Shown one piece after another: positions 30,356 to 44,177 of a stretch of DNA of 64,000 nucleotides (positions are counted from its first letter, which is position 1; every line of letters starts with the position of its first letter). A program made the translations under genes and the position numbers. The stretch is from Eledone cirrhosa (taxonomy: Eukaryota), in contig OZ024744.1 of the NCBI GenBank assembly GCA_964016885.1, forward strand, positions 109,740,001 through 109,804,000, in the 5' to 3' direction. The notes beneath the pieces are model-generated. The model was not told where the DNA came from. It was given only the letters and a program-made list of their open reading frames with translations, and did no database searches.

Positions 30356-31273
30356 TCTGTATATATATAAAATTAAATATGTGTGTGTGTGTGTGTCTGA
30401 ATCTGTGTATTACCTATAGGGGCCTACATCTTACGGCCGATTTTCATGAAACTTTACAGGCTCATAGATTAGTCATCGGAGAGGTGTTTTCTATATATCA
30501 GCGTACCGTTTTTTTTTTATTCCGGGCTCATTCTGCAGATAAAAATCGATAGGGCGTCACCTTTTTTTAGGTATCGAAAATTAAGATTTTTGCTACCGAT
30601 TTCGTTCAAATTTTAAAGCAAAATAGAATTTATCATTGCAAATCCTGTAATAGCTTTATAATTTGCATTTGTTGTTCAGGGGCGGCGTGGCAGCCGCTTA
30701 AATATTCAAAAATACCACTTTTAGACTCAAATTTCCAGAGCTTTTTCGGCTCTAGCTCCCACATTAATCAACCTACTTTCTTCAAATTTTACACTACGCT
30801 AGATCTGATTATTTCACGTCTTAAAGTTGCTTTACATTTTGGATTTTTTGTTCAGGAACGGCGTGGCAGCCGCTTAAATATTCGAAAATACCACCTTTTC
30901 GCTCAAATTTTCACCTTTTCGGCTCTAGCTCCTACATTTTTCAACCGATTTCGTTCAAATTCGAAACTTCGGCTCCACCTCACACATAAATCAATGTATT
31001 TGGTACAACTTTTATACTACGATAGAACCTATCATTGCTTATAGTAGCTTTACACTTTGCATTTTTTGTTCAGGGACAGCGTGACAGCCGTTTAACTTTT
31101 CAAAATACGATTTTTTCCACCTCCCACATATTCCATACGATTTCACTCAACATTTCGCCATTTGCTACACCTTACGACCGATTTTCAAGAAACTCGTAGT
31201 CGCTAAGATCAACACCTTTTCATCAAAGCAGATATTATTTTATCTACCCAGGCAACGCTGGGTACTGATGGTA

Positions 31274-31274
<1 letters not shown>
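30356..31274 (+). mobile_element. Non-autonomous Helitron
   Basis: 5' TCTGTATATATATAAAA; 3' hairpin CCCAGGCAACGCTGGG + GTAG (variant of CTAG) then T; internal diverged subrepeats. Confidence 0.7.
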
Positions 31275-31334
<60 letters not shown>

Positions 31335-31524
31335 TAGTGAAAGAGTGAAGAATAACATGGTAGGCTGTAAAAAAAGGGTTTTATTTACAGTAATTCTCGC
31401 AAACTAATTACCCAAGGAGACCTCTTGTTGAGTCAAACATCGACGTACGTTAAAATTATCCATAGTACAGAGTACTCACAACCTACATATATATGTATAT
31501 ACATATGTATATATACATATACAT

Positions 31525-31557
<33 letters not shown>

Positions 31558-31881
31558 CATACACAGAGAAAATTTGCTCCGAACGAATTGCATGTGTCCG
31601 AAGAATCTGCAGTCGTAGAATCAGCCAGATCCATACAATGATCATGTCTCGAGCTATCTGCCGGCGAAACAATTGTAACACGCAATAAACTGGGTCCAGA
31701 TGCATCACTGATTTTTCGTATTTTTATACTATTCACACTCTGCTCTGTATGAATATTGAGTGCTAATTTTGCCCCCCCCCCCCGCCCCATATGGAAGCAC
31801 CATAGCTACCATTATACACACGTATATATATGTAAATATATATATATATATAGTTATGTAATAAACAACATAAGGCAATTA

Positions 31882-31941
31882 TTCCATTTACCAGTGGTTT
31901 CTTAAAAGCAAAAGGTTTTGCTTTCAATCCTCAGAATGAAA
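31882..31941 (-). ncRNA. Type-I HHR, family F7 (GUA)
   Basis: TTTCATT-CTGAGGA-TTGAAAGCAAAA..TTTTGCTTTTAA-GAAA-CCACTGG-TA^-AATGGAA. Confidence 0.85.
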
Positions 31942-32128
31942 AAATCCTGGTCTGTTTATTGAATTTGGATTTTAAAAACAAAAATGCAATCTATATGAAA
32001 GTGAGGCTGGAGAAGGAAGAAGGAAAGGAAAAATAAAATAAAACTACACATGCAAACACACACACAAAAAAACACAAAAGTATACATACACACACACACG
32101 CACATATATATATATATATATATATATA

Positions 32129-32415
32129 CGATATTAAATCAATGGAAACTATATTTATAAAACCATATTTATTTCATCATATATATTTCAGGGATATCAT
32201 ATTAACAATATGTTATGCCTTCTTCAGTCTGAAGAAGGCATAACATATTGTTAATATGATATCCCTGAAATATATATGATGAAATAAATATGGTTTTATA
32301 AATATAGTTTCCATTTATTTAATATCGTAAATATACTCCAAATACTTGTTGAGTGCTTTTATATCAGTTATAAATATTTACTAGTTGTAACCCAACAATT
32401 TAAATATAACTTTCC
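32129..32415. mobile_element. F1 fold-back insertion, inverted at the HHR core
   Basis: Centre GCCTTCTTCAG-T-CTGAAGAAGGC at 32217-32239; absent from the opposite PLE arm. Confidence 0.85.
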
Positions 32416-32987
32416 ATATATATATATATATATAATGAAAAATTGAACAGGCACAGAACAGAGAGGCAGTACAATAAATGTTTATTAAATTCACGCTCAG
32501 GAGAGTGGGGGGTAGGTGGGGGACGACGTTTCGGGCATAATACACATATATATACACATACATACACTCATACATACACACACGCACACATATATACACA
32601 CATATATGTGTATATAAATACACACAAACATATATATACATACGCACATAAATATCAACACATCCATACATACAAATACATATATACACAACCACACACA
32701 CATATATACACACATACATATACATAGAAACATAAATATAAATACATATACATACACATATACATACATATATATATGTATCTACACATATACATATATA
32801 TATATATATATATATGTGTACAAGCATACACATACACAAACATAACCATACACACATACATAAACATACATACATACATGCACACAATCATACATATATA
32901 CACACGTACATACACATACATAAATGCACTCCTCTACATATTCACACACGCAAATAAATATAAGAAAAAAAAAAAAAATATATATAT

Positions 32988-33385
32988 ACGATATTAAATA
33001 AATGGAAACTATATTTATAAAACCATATTTATTTCATTATACATATTTCAGGGATACCAAATTAAAATATGGTATGCCTTCATCAGACAAAATACAATAT
33101 ATAAACAGTTTTATAAATAATTTTGACGTACCCTATTAGATGCGACCATTATTTTTGGAAGCTGTCTGGATAGTATCCAGACAGCTATTGTATTTTGTCT
33201 GATGAAGGCATACCATATTTTAATTTGGTATCCCTGAAATATGTATAATGAAATAAATTTGGTTTTATAAATATAGTTTCCATTTATTTAATATCGTATA
33301 TCTACTCCAAAAACTTGTCGAGTGCTTTATATCAGTTATAAAAATATTTACTTGTATCCCAACAACTTTAAATAGAACTTTTGCA
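32988..33385. mobile_element. F1 fold-back insertion with HHRs at 33030-33094 (-) and 33191-33255 (+)
   Basis: CTGATGA-AGGCATACCA..TGGTATCCCT-GAAA-TATGTA-TA; the equivalent site at ~36605-36632 is an empty (TA)n. Confidence 0.88.
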
Positions 33386-33618
33386 TATATATATATAAAA
33401 AAATGTTGACAGCGATACAGAACGCAGCTAACTGGACAGACACGCGTGGTAAGTAATACACACAAATGCACGTATACATACGTACGAAATAGTAAATACA
33501 TACACACACTCTCGCACATAAATATACATATACAAATACATAAACACATACATACACATACATGCACAAACACGCACACGTATACAATATATACACACAC
33601 ATATGTATATGTAATTAT

Positions 33619-33656
<38 letters not shown>

Positions 33657-33799
33657 AAATATAAACATACACACACATACATATATGTATACATACACAC
33701 ATACATATACATACATAGCTATACAATTATACACATACAAATACGTACATATCATAAACACGCACAACCAAATACAAGCACACACACACACACACACAC

Positions 33800-33842
<43 letters not shown>

Positions 33843-33961
33843 CACACACACACATACACATATACATGTGTGTAAAACTCAGTCTTAGATAATTCATATG
33901 AACCTTACATATACATATATAGTAGTAAAGTAATAAAGTAATAAGCAACATAAGGCAATTA

Positions 33962-34021
33962 TTCCATTCACCAGTGGTTTCTTAAAAGCAAAAAATTTTT
34001 CCTTCAATCTTCAGAATGAAA
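33962..34021 (-). ncRNA. HHR family F7, GUG site (probably non-cleaving)
   Basis: Same fold as 31882 but the triplet is GTG. Confidence 0.7.
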
Positions 34022-34085
34022 AAAACCTGGTCTATCTACATATACATACATATACACACACAAATATATATATATACATATACAT

Positions 34086-34162
<77 letters not shown>

Positions 34163-34345
34163 AATATACATACACATACACATAGGTATGTGAAGGGCAA
34201 GGCAAAAAGAATATATGGGGGGGGGGGGGACATATGAAAAGGTGAAATATAAGGGGAGGTAAGGGAGAAAAAAATAAATATACAAGAGTACAGAACGTAG
34301 ATTCAGCAAAAAAACCGTAGCAGAAGTAAAGAGCAGGAAAGGAGT

Positions 34346-35610
34346 TCAAGGCGGTTGGTTTATCATAGGAGTGTCAATCCAGTTACAGATCAGATGCGAT
34401 TTCAGATGAGGACAGCATCTGAAGATCTCAGTCTTTGAGTTAAGGCAAGCGGAAGTGGCTCTCAAGTTTAGCAAAATCCTATACTTTTCTGTGGTACACA
34501 AAGAACAATTCTTTGTGCCCCTTTGGTACTCCCTCGAATGGTCTAATATAGACCAATCAATAGAGTACGGGATGTTACTATCCTTGAGTTCCCACACCTT
34601 ACTCGCGAGGGCCGTTGATGTTCGTTTATCGGAGTGCTTAAAAGAAGCGACATGTGAGTAAAATCTGGTTTTAAACCTGTCCTGGGTCATACCGACATAT
34701 CGCTCACTCCTGGTTGGCTGGTTGTTGATTACCGGTGTTATCTTAGCCTCATAAACAACAGATTTGGTGTTACATTTACCCTGCAATGGGTATTCATCCG
34801 GCTTCCTGCAACTGCATCCTGGATTTATTCTCATATGGTTTGAACTGGTGATTTTAGACTTCATAGATGGGCAACAAGAGTAGCTGATCTTAACTACGTT
34901 CCTATTAAATATCTTATAATATCTATGATTAGGAGGAAAATGTTTGTCTAATAGTTCAAGGAATTTCCTTCCTACATTAGTTTTGACAGTTAGAGAGAAG
35001 GGGTGTGTGAACCAAATAATCTTCCTTTTCCTGTTATTGTGGTTAGTTTTAGGGGGGGGGGGGGGTAGTTAAATAACAATTTTTTCTGTAAAACCGCTGT
35101 TCTTAAGGGCTTTATTATAATAAGGGGCGGCTTTATTAAAAATGTCTATAGACGAAGATAAGGTAGAAATCCTACGGCTAATGTTAGGAATAAGATTATT
35201 AAAAACTATAGGAGGATGGCAAGACTCTTTGTGTATATACCTAAGATTTTCATTAGGTTTATGATAGGGTTTAAAAGAGGCGGTAAGTAGATCAAGATTA
35301 ATATCAAGACAGTTAGCATTAGTAAGGTTCGTATCTATAGTGATTTTAAGGTTAAGGTTAGCAAAAGTATTGATTAAATCTTTACGGAATTTATCAAGGT
35401 TATGGCCGTTGGTGATATGAGAAACTGCTAATCCGTCATCACGGTATAAATCCGATATTATGGGACGGAAATTTCTCTTTGAGGGTGTGGAGAAGGAATA
35501 ATCCTACTAAGTCACACACATCCGCACTGTCATATGAACCCATTGCAACATCAAAAGAGTTTTCAGGGTTTGACTTTTTAACCCAAATATTATCATTAGT
35601 AAAGAGTAAC
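34346..35610 (-). pseudogene. PLE RT (C-terminal half) + GIY-YIG, frameshifted
   Basis: FDVAMGSYDSADVCDLVG, YRDDGL, YHKPNENLRYIH..HPP, CSCRKPDEYPLQGKC, VVYEAKI..YVGMT, CSLCTTEK. Confidence 0.9.
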
Positions 35611-35993
35611 GTTGACACTCCTATGATAAATCAACCGCCTTGAACTCCTTTCCTGCTCTTTACTTCTGCTACGGTTTTTTTTGCTGAATCTACGTTCTGT
35701 ACTCTTGTATATTTATTTTTTTCTCCCTTACCTCCCCTTATATTTCACCTTTTCCTATGTGTCCCCCCCCCATATATTCTTTTTGCCTTGCCCTTCACAT
35801 ACCTATGTGTATGTGTATGTATATTTGTGTGCATATATATATATATATGTATGTAAAAGTTTTATTTAAAATTGTTGGGTTACAACAAGTAAATATTTTA
35901 TAACTATGTATGTATGTATATATGTGCGTATATATATGTATATGTATATATTTGTGTGTGTATATGTATGTATATGTAGATAGACCAGGTTTT

Positions 35994-36053
35994 TTTCATT
36001 CTGAAGATTGAAGGAAACATTTTTTGCTTTTAAGAAACCACTGGTGAATGGAA
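35994..36053 (+). ncRNA. HHR family F7, GUG site
   Basis: CTGAAGA at 36001, GAAA at 36034, GTG at 36044. Confidence 0.7.
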
Positions 36054-36190
36054 TAATTGCCTTATGTTGCTTATTACTTTACTACTATATATATGTATAT
36101 GTAAGGTTCATATGAATTATCTAAGACTGAGTTTTACACACACATATGTATATGTGTATGTGTGTGTATATATATATATATATGTATGTA

Positions 36191-36226
<36 letters not shown>

Positions 36227-36599
36227 TATTTGGTTGTGCGTGTTTTTGGTATGTACGTATTTGTATGTGTATAATTGTATAGCTATGTATGTATATGTAT
36301 GTGTGTATGTATACATATATGTGTGTGTGTGTGTATGTTTATATTTATGTATATATATATATATATGTGTGTGTGTGTATAATTACATATACATATGTGT
36401 GTGTATAATTGTATACGTGTGCGTGTTTGTGCTTGTATGTGTATGTATGTGTTTATGTATTTGTATATGTATATATGTATATTTATGTGCGAGAGTGTGT
36501 GTATGTATTTACTATTCCGTACGTATGTATACGTGCATTTGTGTGTATTACTTACCACGCGTGTCTGTCCAGTTAGCTGCGTTCTGTATCGCTGTCAAC

Positions 36600-36640
<41 letters not shown>

Positions 36641-36835
36641 TTCTTATTTTTTTTTGCGTGTGTGAATATGTAGAGGAGTGCATTTATGTATGTGTATGTA
36701 TGTACGTGTGTATATATGTACGATTGTGTGCATGTATGTATGTATGTTTATGTATATGTGTATGGTTATGTTTGTGTATGTGTATGCTTGTACACATATA
36801 TATATATATCTAGGTATATGTATATGTATATATAT

Positions 36836-36887
<52 letters not shown>

Positions 36888-37293
36888 ATGTGTGTATGTA
36901 TATGAAGTTATATTTATGGTTCTATGTATATGTATGTGTGTATATATGTATGTGTGGTTGTGTATATATGTATTTCTATGTATGGATGTGTTGATATTTA
37001 TGTGCGTATGTATATATGTGTTTGTGTGTATTTATATACACATATATGTGTGTATATATGTGTGCGTGTGTGTATGTATGAGTGTATGTATGTGTATATA
37101 TATGTGTATGTATATGTATGTATATATATATATGTGTGTGTGTGTGTATGTATGCTTTTGTGTTTTTTTGTGTGTGTGTTTGCATGTGTAGTTTTATTTT
37201 ATTTTTCCTTTCCTTCTTCCTTCTCCAGCCTCACTTTCATATAGATTGCATTTTTGTTTTTAAAATCAAAATTCAATAAACAGACCAGGATTT

Positions 37294-37353
37294 TTTCATT
37301 CTGAGGATTGAAAGCAAAATCTTTTGCTTTGAAGAAACCACTGGTAAATGGAA
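37294..37353 (+). ncRNA. Type-I HHR, family F7 (GUA)
   Basis: CTGAGGA at 37301, GAAA-CCACTGG-TA^-AATGGAA. Confidence 0.85.
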
Positions 37354-37469
37354 TAATTGCCTTATGTTGTTTATTACATAACTATTAAGCTCTGTTACCT
37401 ACATAGAGCACTCTTTTTTCCTGGACTTTTCCGACAGAATTACTTTATTTATATATATATATATATATA

Positions 37470-37675
37470 AGAAAATATTTAACCTCGGCGGCAGAGCTCA
37501 AGCCGTTTCGACGGCTATTTCTGGACGGAAATGTCCAGAAATAGCCGTCGAAGCGGCTTGAGCTAGCTCTGCCGTCGGGGTTAAACATTTTCCTATTCCC
37601 CACTCTACTACCCTAAGTATTGAGTTCTCTGGTGCGTTATGTAGCATCTGGTTCCTTACCACACTTCCTTCGTCA
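37470..37675 (+). mobile_element. Fold-back mini-element, family of 13121-13314
   Basis: Inverted arms around GGACGGAAATGTCC; same tail. Confidence 0.75.
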
Positions 37676-37687
37676 TATATATATATA

Positions 37688-37716
37688 CTAGCATTAAAGC
37701 CCGGCGTTGCTCGGGG
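37688..37716 (-). mobile_element. Helitron 3' terminus
   Basis: Minus strand CCCGAGCAACGCCGGG-CTTTAATG-CTAG then T. Confidence 0.75.
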
Positions 37717-39042
37717 TCAGTAAGTTACCAAAGTTAGGTTGCACCACCCATTTTATGGCAGCCCTTTTTTATCTGCCAGGCACTGGGTGAATGAATTGCA
37801 GACCTGGACTGACGAAGCAGGAGCTGCGCCAGCAGTGACAATTGTAGTTTCGCCTATGGATATTATCTCTGTGCAAAGAAGTGTTGAAATTTATTGTTTC
37901 ACAGTACGTGCGCAACACTTTAGTCTTGTCTCAGTACCACCATCTGTTGTATCAACAAGCTGTGCCATGTCCATGACATGAAGTTCTTTGCTACTGATGT
38001 CTTTGGATATTTTGGTTTCATGTTCTCTGATCTTGGCAGCCATGAGTTTGCTGAGTAAGTACCCGCTTGTTACTGTTGTTACTCTAGTTGTTGCCGCCAC
38101 AAAACATGCTGTTAAACCTTTCATTACCATGTTTCCTATGAAAGACTCTGCCTATGATTAATTGAACATTTGAAGTGATTTAATAATATAACTTTCTCAT
38201 TATCAAGCTGGTTTTTGGATCATAACTTAACAAAGGTTCTCACATAGAATTATGTTAGAAGGTTTTTAGATAGATATAAACATTTTAAAACAAGCTGTTG
38301 TGTATCATAGAACCAGAAGCTGTTTCTGGCAGTTTACTATTAAAGGGCTTAATTATCATCATCATCATCATCATCATCATCTGCTAAGTAAGCATCCTTT
38401 TGTTACTGGTGTTGTTGTCTCCAGAAAACGAGTCATTAACAATCATCATCACAATAAGTACCCTCTGGTTACTGTTACTATCTCCACAATGATTCCATTC
38501 CTCACATTGACATACTTTCATGACTACCCTTTATATCACAACTAAGGGATATTAATTTGGTGAAAGCAACAAGCAATTTAAGGCCATTTTTTCCCTGCTA
38601 AAGCAAAGGTTAGCTTTGCAAGCCCCATGAAAGGCTTTGTGCTCATCGTGGGATACTTTTGGAAGCAATGTTTTTCAGTTGGATAACTTTCGTTGCACAA
38701 CACTTTTAGTCACCTCATACAACACGTGTATCTATTCTAAACTGAATACATGGTGTTAGTGTTGATAATGTTGATGATAAATCTATACATTGGATAGGAA
38801 ATGATGTGCTGCATCTTAGTTGGAAGGTATATGGCCTAGTGATTAGGCTATTGAGCGCACAATCCTAAGGTTGTAGCTTTGATTCCTGCACTGGGCATTT
38901 GGTTGTGTTCTTGAGCTTCATTTCACATTGCCTTGGTACTCCCATCATTAAACCACCCAAGAAAGCTCCTATGAGATTTCACATATGTGGCTAGCTAAAC
39001 CTGCATAAGTATGAGCTGTAAATTTTTTTTTTTTCATCTTAA

Positions 39043-40121
39043 CCCTTTAGTGTTCAAACCGGCCGCAATTATTTCCCCTTCATTTGTTGAAACCGGCCGA
39101 TAACACCCACATTAAAATATAGTTCTAAAAATAAACAATACCGTCATCAAAATCTCGTCAATTCGAGATTACTGCGAGATTAGGCCCTTACCGCGAAAAT
39201 TAACACTTAATATAGTGAAACAACTTAAAACAACACGTGTTTTTTTAACGTTGAAAGTAGAACAGATTTTTTGTGTATCAACATGGCTTGTGAAAGTAGC
39301 GATGCCAACTTTGAAGGTTTTACACACAACGGCATTCAGAATGAACAAGAATCAAAAGATAATATTAGTGATTTATCTTCAAATGAATCAGATGTTTACA
39401 TTTCTGAAATTTCATCCAACGATGATTGTTGTTTTGAAAGTGAAAACGAAGGAGATCTCCAGGACGCCATTGAAAATATTACAGCAACATGGTGAAAAAT
39501 ACCACACCAATATATATTCCCGATTTTATTTAAAATACTGGTCCACAACACACATTAAGTCCCGATGCTAAAGCACTGGATTATTTCTTTTTGTTTTTAC
39601 CACAAACTTTCTTCGAAGTTGTGGCAGAAGAGATTAATCGATATGCCCAACAACAGATTTTAAATCGAGGAAAACCCGATCTGTTATGGCGACCGACAGA
39701 TGCTGTGGAAATGCAAGCATTTTTTACCGTAAATATTATGTTCGGTATAAAATAATTCCCAAGACTGTTGAATTACTGGAGCACTGATATACGGTTTAGT
39801 GATCCTTATATATCAAGTATTATGCCGAAAACAACATATTTAAAATTAAACCAGTATTTGCACCTGGTTGATACTTCAAATGCCCCTATTAATTAATTTC
39901 ACCTGCTCATAAAAGTCAAATTTAACCCAAAAAATCAGGTAAATTATATAATTGTAAATTATTGATATTTAAACATCTACTGACAAAATTTCAAGCCTGC
40001 ACATAGAAAATTAAGAAAATTACAAACAAGTAAAATTGATAACCCTCTTGAGTACGATTAACTGAAAATAATGTGAACAGATAAACATGACATTTGACAA
40101 ATTAATGTGAATGCTAAAGGG
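39043..40121 (+). mobile_element. piggyBac-superfamily DNA transposon, deleted derivative
   Basis: TTAA TSDs (39039-42, 40122-25), TIR CCCTTTAG/CTAAAGGG; acidic N-terminus then DYFFLFL..EINRYAQQ..EMQAFF..NYWSTD (PGBD-like). Confidence 0.88.
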
Positions 40122-40546
40122 TTAATTACCTAGCTTTAGAAATAGTCATGATCATCATCCTATGTCTGTTTTCTCTGCTTACATGGGTTGAACAAGTCAT
40201 CACAGACCAAATCCACACTTAATCAGAGCCACTGCTCTCTCAGATGGGCCAGAGCTGTATCTCACATATATTCCTGCACTCTACATTTTATCATGGCACC
40301 AACATTAAGGAGGTTATCATGCCCTTGACACAAACTTAAGAGTCCTCTCTTTTATTTGGCAAATTTTTATTGTACAAAACCTCCTGGCTTAATATTTTCA
40401 TAATTCCATTTAAGAACTTTTTTATAAGTAACATTCCAATTATCAACTTACTAATGAAGCTATCAGCCCCACCCTCACCATCACTGCACTATATGCACCA
40501 CCACCACTACCATCATTTCTCTATATGCTGCATTTGTGTCTTGCAG

Positions 40547-40649
40547 AGAAATTCCAAAACCGAAAACCAAGGAAACAGAAGAAAGTGAAAATGGAGAACC
40601 AAAAGAGAAGAAAGCCAAGGTTGCCATGGAAACAGTTGTTGTCAAAAAC
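40547..40649 (+). CDS. SAE1: Host-gene internal exon, probably SUMO-activating enzyme subunit 1 (SAE1/Aos1)
   Basis: TTGCAG acceptor, GTATGT donor; encodes EIPKPKTKETEESENGEPKEKKAKVAMETVVVKN, resembling (from memory) the SAE1 NLS segment EDGPDTKRAKLDSSETTMVKK. Short and low complexity, so the gene name is tentative. Confidence 0.55.
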
Positions 40650-41499
40650 GTATGTGACTGTATTGATTGGACAGTTTACTTGTATCTTTATCATTACTAC
40701 CATAGTTTCCTTTTACCTAATAATACAGGACTACCATAGCTCCCTCTTACACAATATATACCTTATATATTGGCTTCAGATCTAGTGATCTTAGTAGTCT
40801 ACAAAGGAGGAAAACTCAATATTTATAATAGAGTAAATATATAAGTATATTTATTAATTTTCTTACAACATAGCTATGGTGTTTCAGAAAAAACACTTAC
40901 TTTGCTGAAACATTGTAACTATGTTGTAAGAAAGCTAATAAACTCAAGGGGCTTTAAGATTTTTTATCAGAGAGACATTTATTTAACTCAGATCAACACA
41001 AAACTCTAGTTTCCCTCAAATTAGGATCCTCCAACATCAACGTACTTGTTGTAGTCCCCCAACCACTTCTGTAGTCATCCAAAGTGAAGGTGTCCAGTGC
41101 GCTTGTCACATTATCGTTCCCCAGGCCATAACAGAGAAGTTTAAGACTGACTGTCCATGAGAACTCCTTTATGCGAATGATCTGGTTCTTATAGCTGAAT
41201 CTGTAGAACTAGAGAAAAAGTTCTCTGGAAACAGAATTTGCAATCAAAAGGGCTGAGAGTAAGCTTAAAAAAAGACTAAAGTGTCTTATTTATTGTTTCA
41301 CAGTGCTTGCGCAACATACGACAGATGGTGGTACTTAGCCGAACAACAGAACTACGATGGAGTTGTTCTGCATGGTTGTCTAATGTGTGTTTTCTAAATT
41401 TAAGACAGTAGGGAGGGGTGTGATATGGAGGAGAGTTAGCTGCTGTTTCTAGCAGGTTTAGTGACCTCATAGCGGATATTATTGTCTATAGTAAATGAA

Positions 41500-41702
41500 C
41501 TGATACTTCTTTCTTCCACGTTCGTTGAGAGATGTTTTAAAAAGATTTATCGGTATTTTTTTTGTTGTTGAATAAATTTACCAGTTGCTTTTGAATAATT
41601 GTCGTTTCGTATGAAATGTAATAAGTTCTCTTTGTCATTGAAGTAAATAAATGTTTGACCGTTCCACACTCAAAAACAAACGTTCCCTCTCTCTCTCTCC
41701 CC

Positions 41703-41733
<31 letters not shown>

Positions 41734-42031
41734 TCTCACTATCTCTCTCTCTCTCTCTCCCTCTCTCTCTCTTAAAGTTTAAGGTGAGTAGAGAGAGGTA
41801 ATCTGATCGTATTAGAGGGGTAAAGAGTCATGTATATAGTTTTATCGATCATTTCCATAATTGTGGGTGAGTGTGGATGAAATAAATAGTCGGTGACCTA
41901 AGTTAGACCCTTTACAACATTCTTACAGACGTTGAGTCGAATCGGTTTGAAATTGTGCAAATGTATAAACATGGAACATGCACACACACACACAACAACA
42001 ACAACAACAACAACAATCTGCCTTTTATAGA
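41500..42031 (-). mobile_element. Helitron 5' region
   Basis: Minus strand TCTATAAAAGGCAGATTG at 42031; resembles the Helitron 5' region at ~16550-16860. Confidence 0.55.
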
Positions 42032-42034
42032 TAA

Positions 42035-42221
42035 TTGTTTCTACTTTAGGCACAAGGCCAGCAATTACCCAGTGCATTACTGGTACTTATTTTATCGACT
42101 CCAGAAGGATGAAAGGCAAAGTCAACCTCGGCGGGATTTGAACTCAGATCGTTAAGGGACGTAACTATGCTGGAAAGCATGGCGTCCGACCCTCCACCGA
42201 TACTGCCAATCCACCGCCCTT
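42035..42221 (-). mobile_element. tRNA-derived SINE, full length
   Basis: A-box-like TGGCAGTATCGG, B box GAGTTCAAATCCC; matches 49370 copy. Confidence 0.85.
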
Positions 42222-42391
42222 TATAGATAATGATATATATATACATGTGTGTGTATATATGTATGTGTGTATATGTACATGTGTATGTGAGTGTGTGTAT
42301 ATATATATATGTATATTTATGTATATATATATATATATATATGTGTGTGTATATGTATGTACGTGTATGTATGTGTGTGTATATATATGTA

Positions 42392-42438
<47 letters not shown>

Positions 42439-43248
42439 ATATATATATGTATGTATATATGTGTGTGTGTGTGTATATATATATATGTATGTATATATGT
42501 GTGTATGTGTATGTATATATGTATGTATGTGTGTATATATATGTATATGTATATAAGTGTATATATGTATGTGCATGTATATTTATGTATACGTGTGTAT
42601 ATGTGTAGCGAAATCTGTCCACGCCTTGAACCTTGGATGACACTTAAAGGTCAAACTCTAGGTCACCACCCTTTTGGTGTGAACAGGTTCAAGCGTGGGC
42701 TATCCCCTCAAGTGGGAGACAGAAAGCGACAGGTATATAAAGCCTGTATCATCCCACGTTTATACAGAGAGATCGGGGCATTACGCCTACAACAAACTAT
42801 GTAAAGATTCACCGCTACCTTCAGGCCCCAGTGGTCTACAGTCAATTACAGACCATTACTACATCTCTCTCTCTCTCTTGGGCTCAGACTAAACCAGACT
42901 CACGACGAGAACTACTACCACGGACTGCGACCACCAAATCTGGTCGCTCGCTGTTTTCACATCAACAACAAAAATAACATTGTCAACCTTCGCAACTCAT
43001 GGTAACTTGATTATTGTTCTTTTTGACTCATGTTTATTCTTCTATATTTTGACTCAAGTGAAGTAAACCTTTATATATAAATTAAATCTTTTATTCTTGT
43101 TATTACATCTAACAATCGTGTTAACCCATCTAACAATTTCTTGCTTATACCCTTCGTTAAATATGTATGTATAATTGTGCATATACACATATATGTGTGT
43201 ATGAGTGTACGTAGGGATATATATATGTGTGTGTATGTGTGTACGTGT

Positions 43249-43314
<66 letters not shown>

Positions 43315-43493
43315 ATCTATATATATATATAAATATATATATATACATATGTATAAGCAGAAGGGATATTCAATTTGTTGGTAATTCAACAAATATAAAT
43401 GTTTATAACTGATTCAGAGCACTCAACAGTTTTTCTGGAGTATAATATATAATGATATTAAATAAATGGAAACTATATTTATAAAACCATATT

Positions 43494-43554
43494 TATTCTA
43501 TTATATATATTTCAAGAGTACCAACATTTTGGTACGCTTTCATCAGATAAAATA
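43494..43554 (-). ncRNA. Diverged F1 HHR with compensatory stem changes
   Basis: TATTTTAT-CTGATGA-AAGCGTACCA..TGGTACTCTT-GAAA-TATATA-TA^-ATAGAATA. Confidence 0.8.
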
Positions 43555-43653
43555 CGAAGTGTGTTTTATAAATTTTGACATAACCAAGGAGAATATACCT
43601 CAACGGTTCAAGTTATTTAATATAGAAAAGCTTCAGGTTATTTAATATAGAAA

Positions 43654-43703
43654 AGCTTCTACAGGATTAGAACTCTTTCAATCTTGAAAATCATCAGGAA
43701 GCT
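43654..43703 (-). ncRNA. Diverged F2-related HHR
   Basis: AGCTTC-CTGATGA-..-GAAA-GAG..CTG-TA-GAAGCT; stem I covaries with F2, one stem III mismatch. Confidence 0.65.
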
Positions 43704-44023
43704 GACTGTCCAAATAATATGTTGGTATTTATATCTTTTCTGGTGGTAGGAGAGGAGATGGCGTAGACATACAATACAACAGGAGGAAACATAATAGCAC
43801 CACTGACGATGTTGCAGATGTGCAACGAAAGAACTTTTCTAGACTATATATATGTGTTTGTGTCTATTTTATATCTGTATTTCTGACCGTTGGTCAGTCA
43901 ATGGTAACATTGAGGACCGAGTAAATTAACTGATATAAAAGATTCAGAAGCGAAAACCAACCAAACAGTGAATGTATTCTGTTATTAATTCTGGCAATAT
44001 TATTACAACAATATGACCCTCCC

Positions 44024-44136
<113 letters not shown>

Positions 44137-44177
44137 ATATATGTATATATATACTTATATATATATATATATATATA

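Larger units (their letters stand above)
31851..37450. mobile_element. PLE (YRDD/Naiad-like) with long inverted pseudo-LTRs (31851-34378 and 35612-37385), two HHRs per arm
   Basis: Arms are reverse complements apart from later insertions; minus-strand ORF remnant between them. Confidence 0.88.

Noticed and set aside
42604-43010. Possible solo LTR (TG start, TATA-like box)
   Set aside because: No TSD, second copy or clear end.
43803-43845. HHR-like CTGACGA-GTTGCA/TGCAAC-GAAA
   Set aside because: Stem I does not close; similar incomplete cores near 55890 and 60626 lack GAAA. Not counted.
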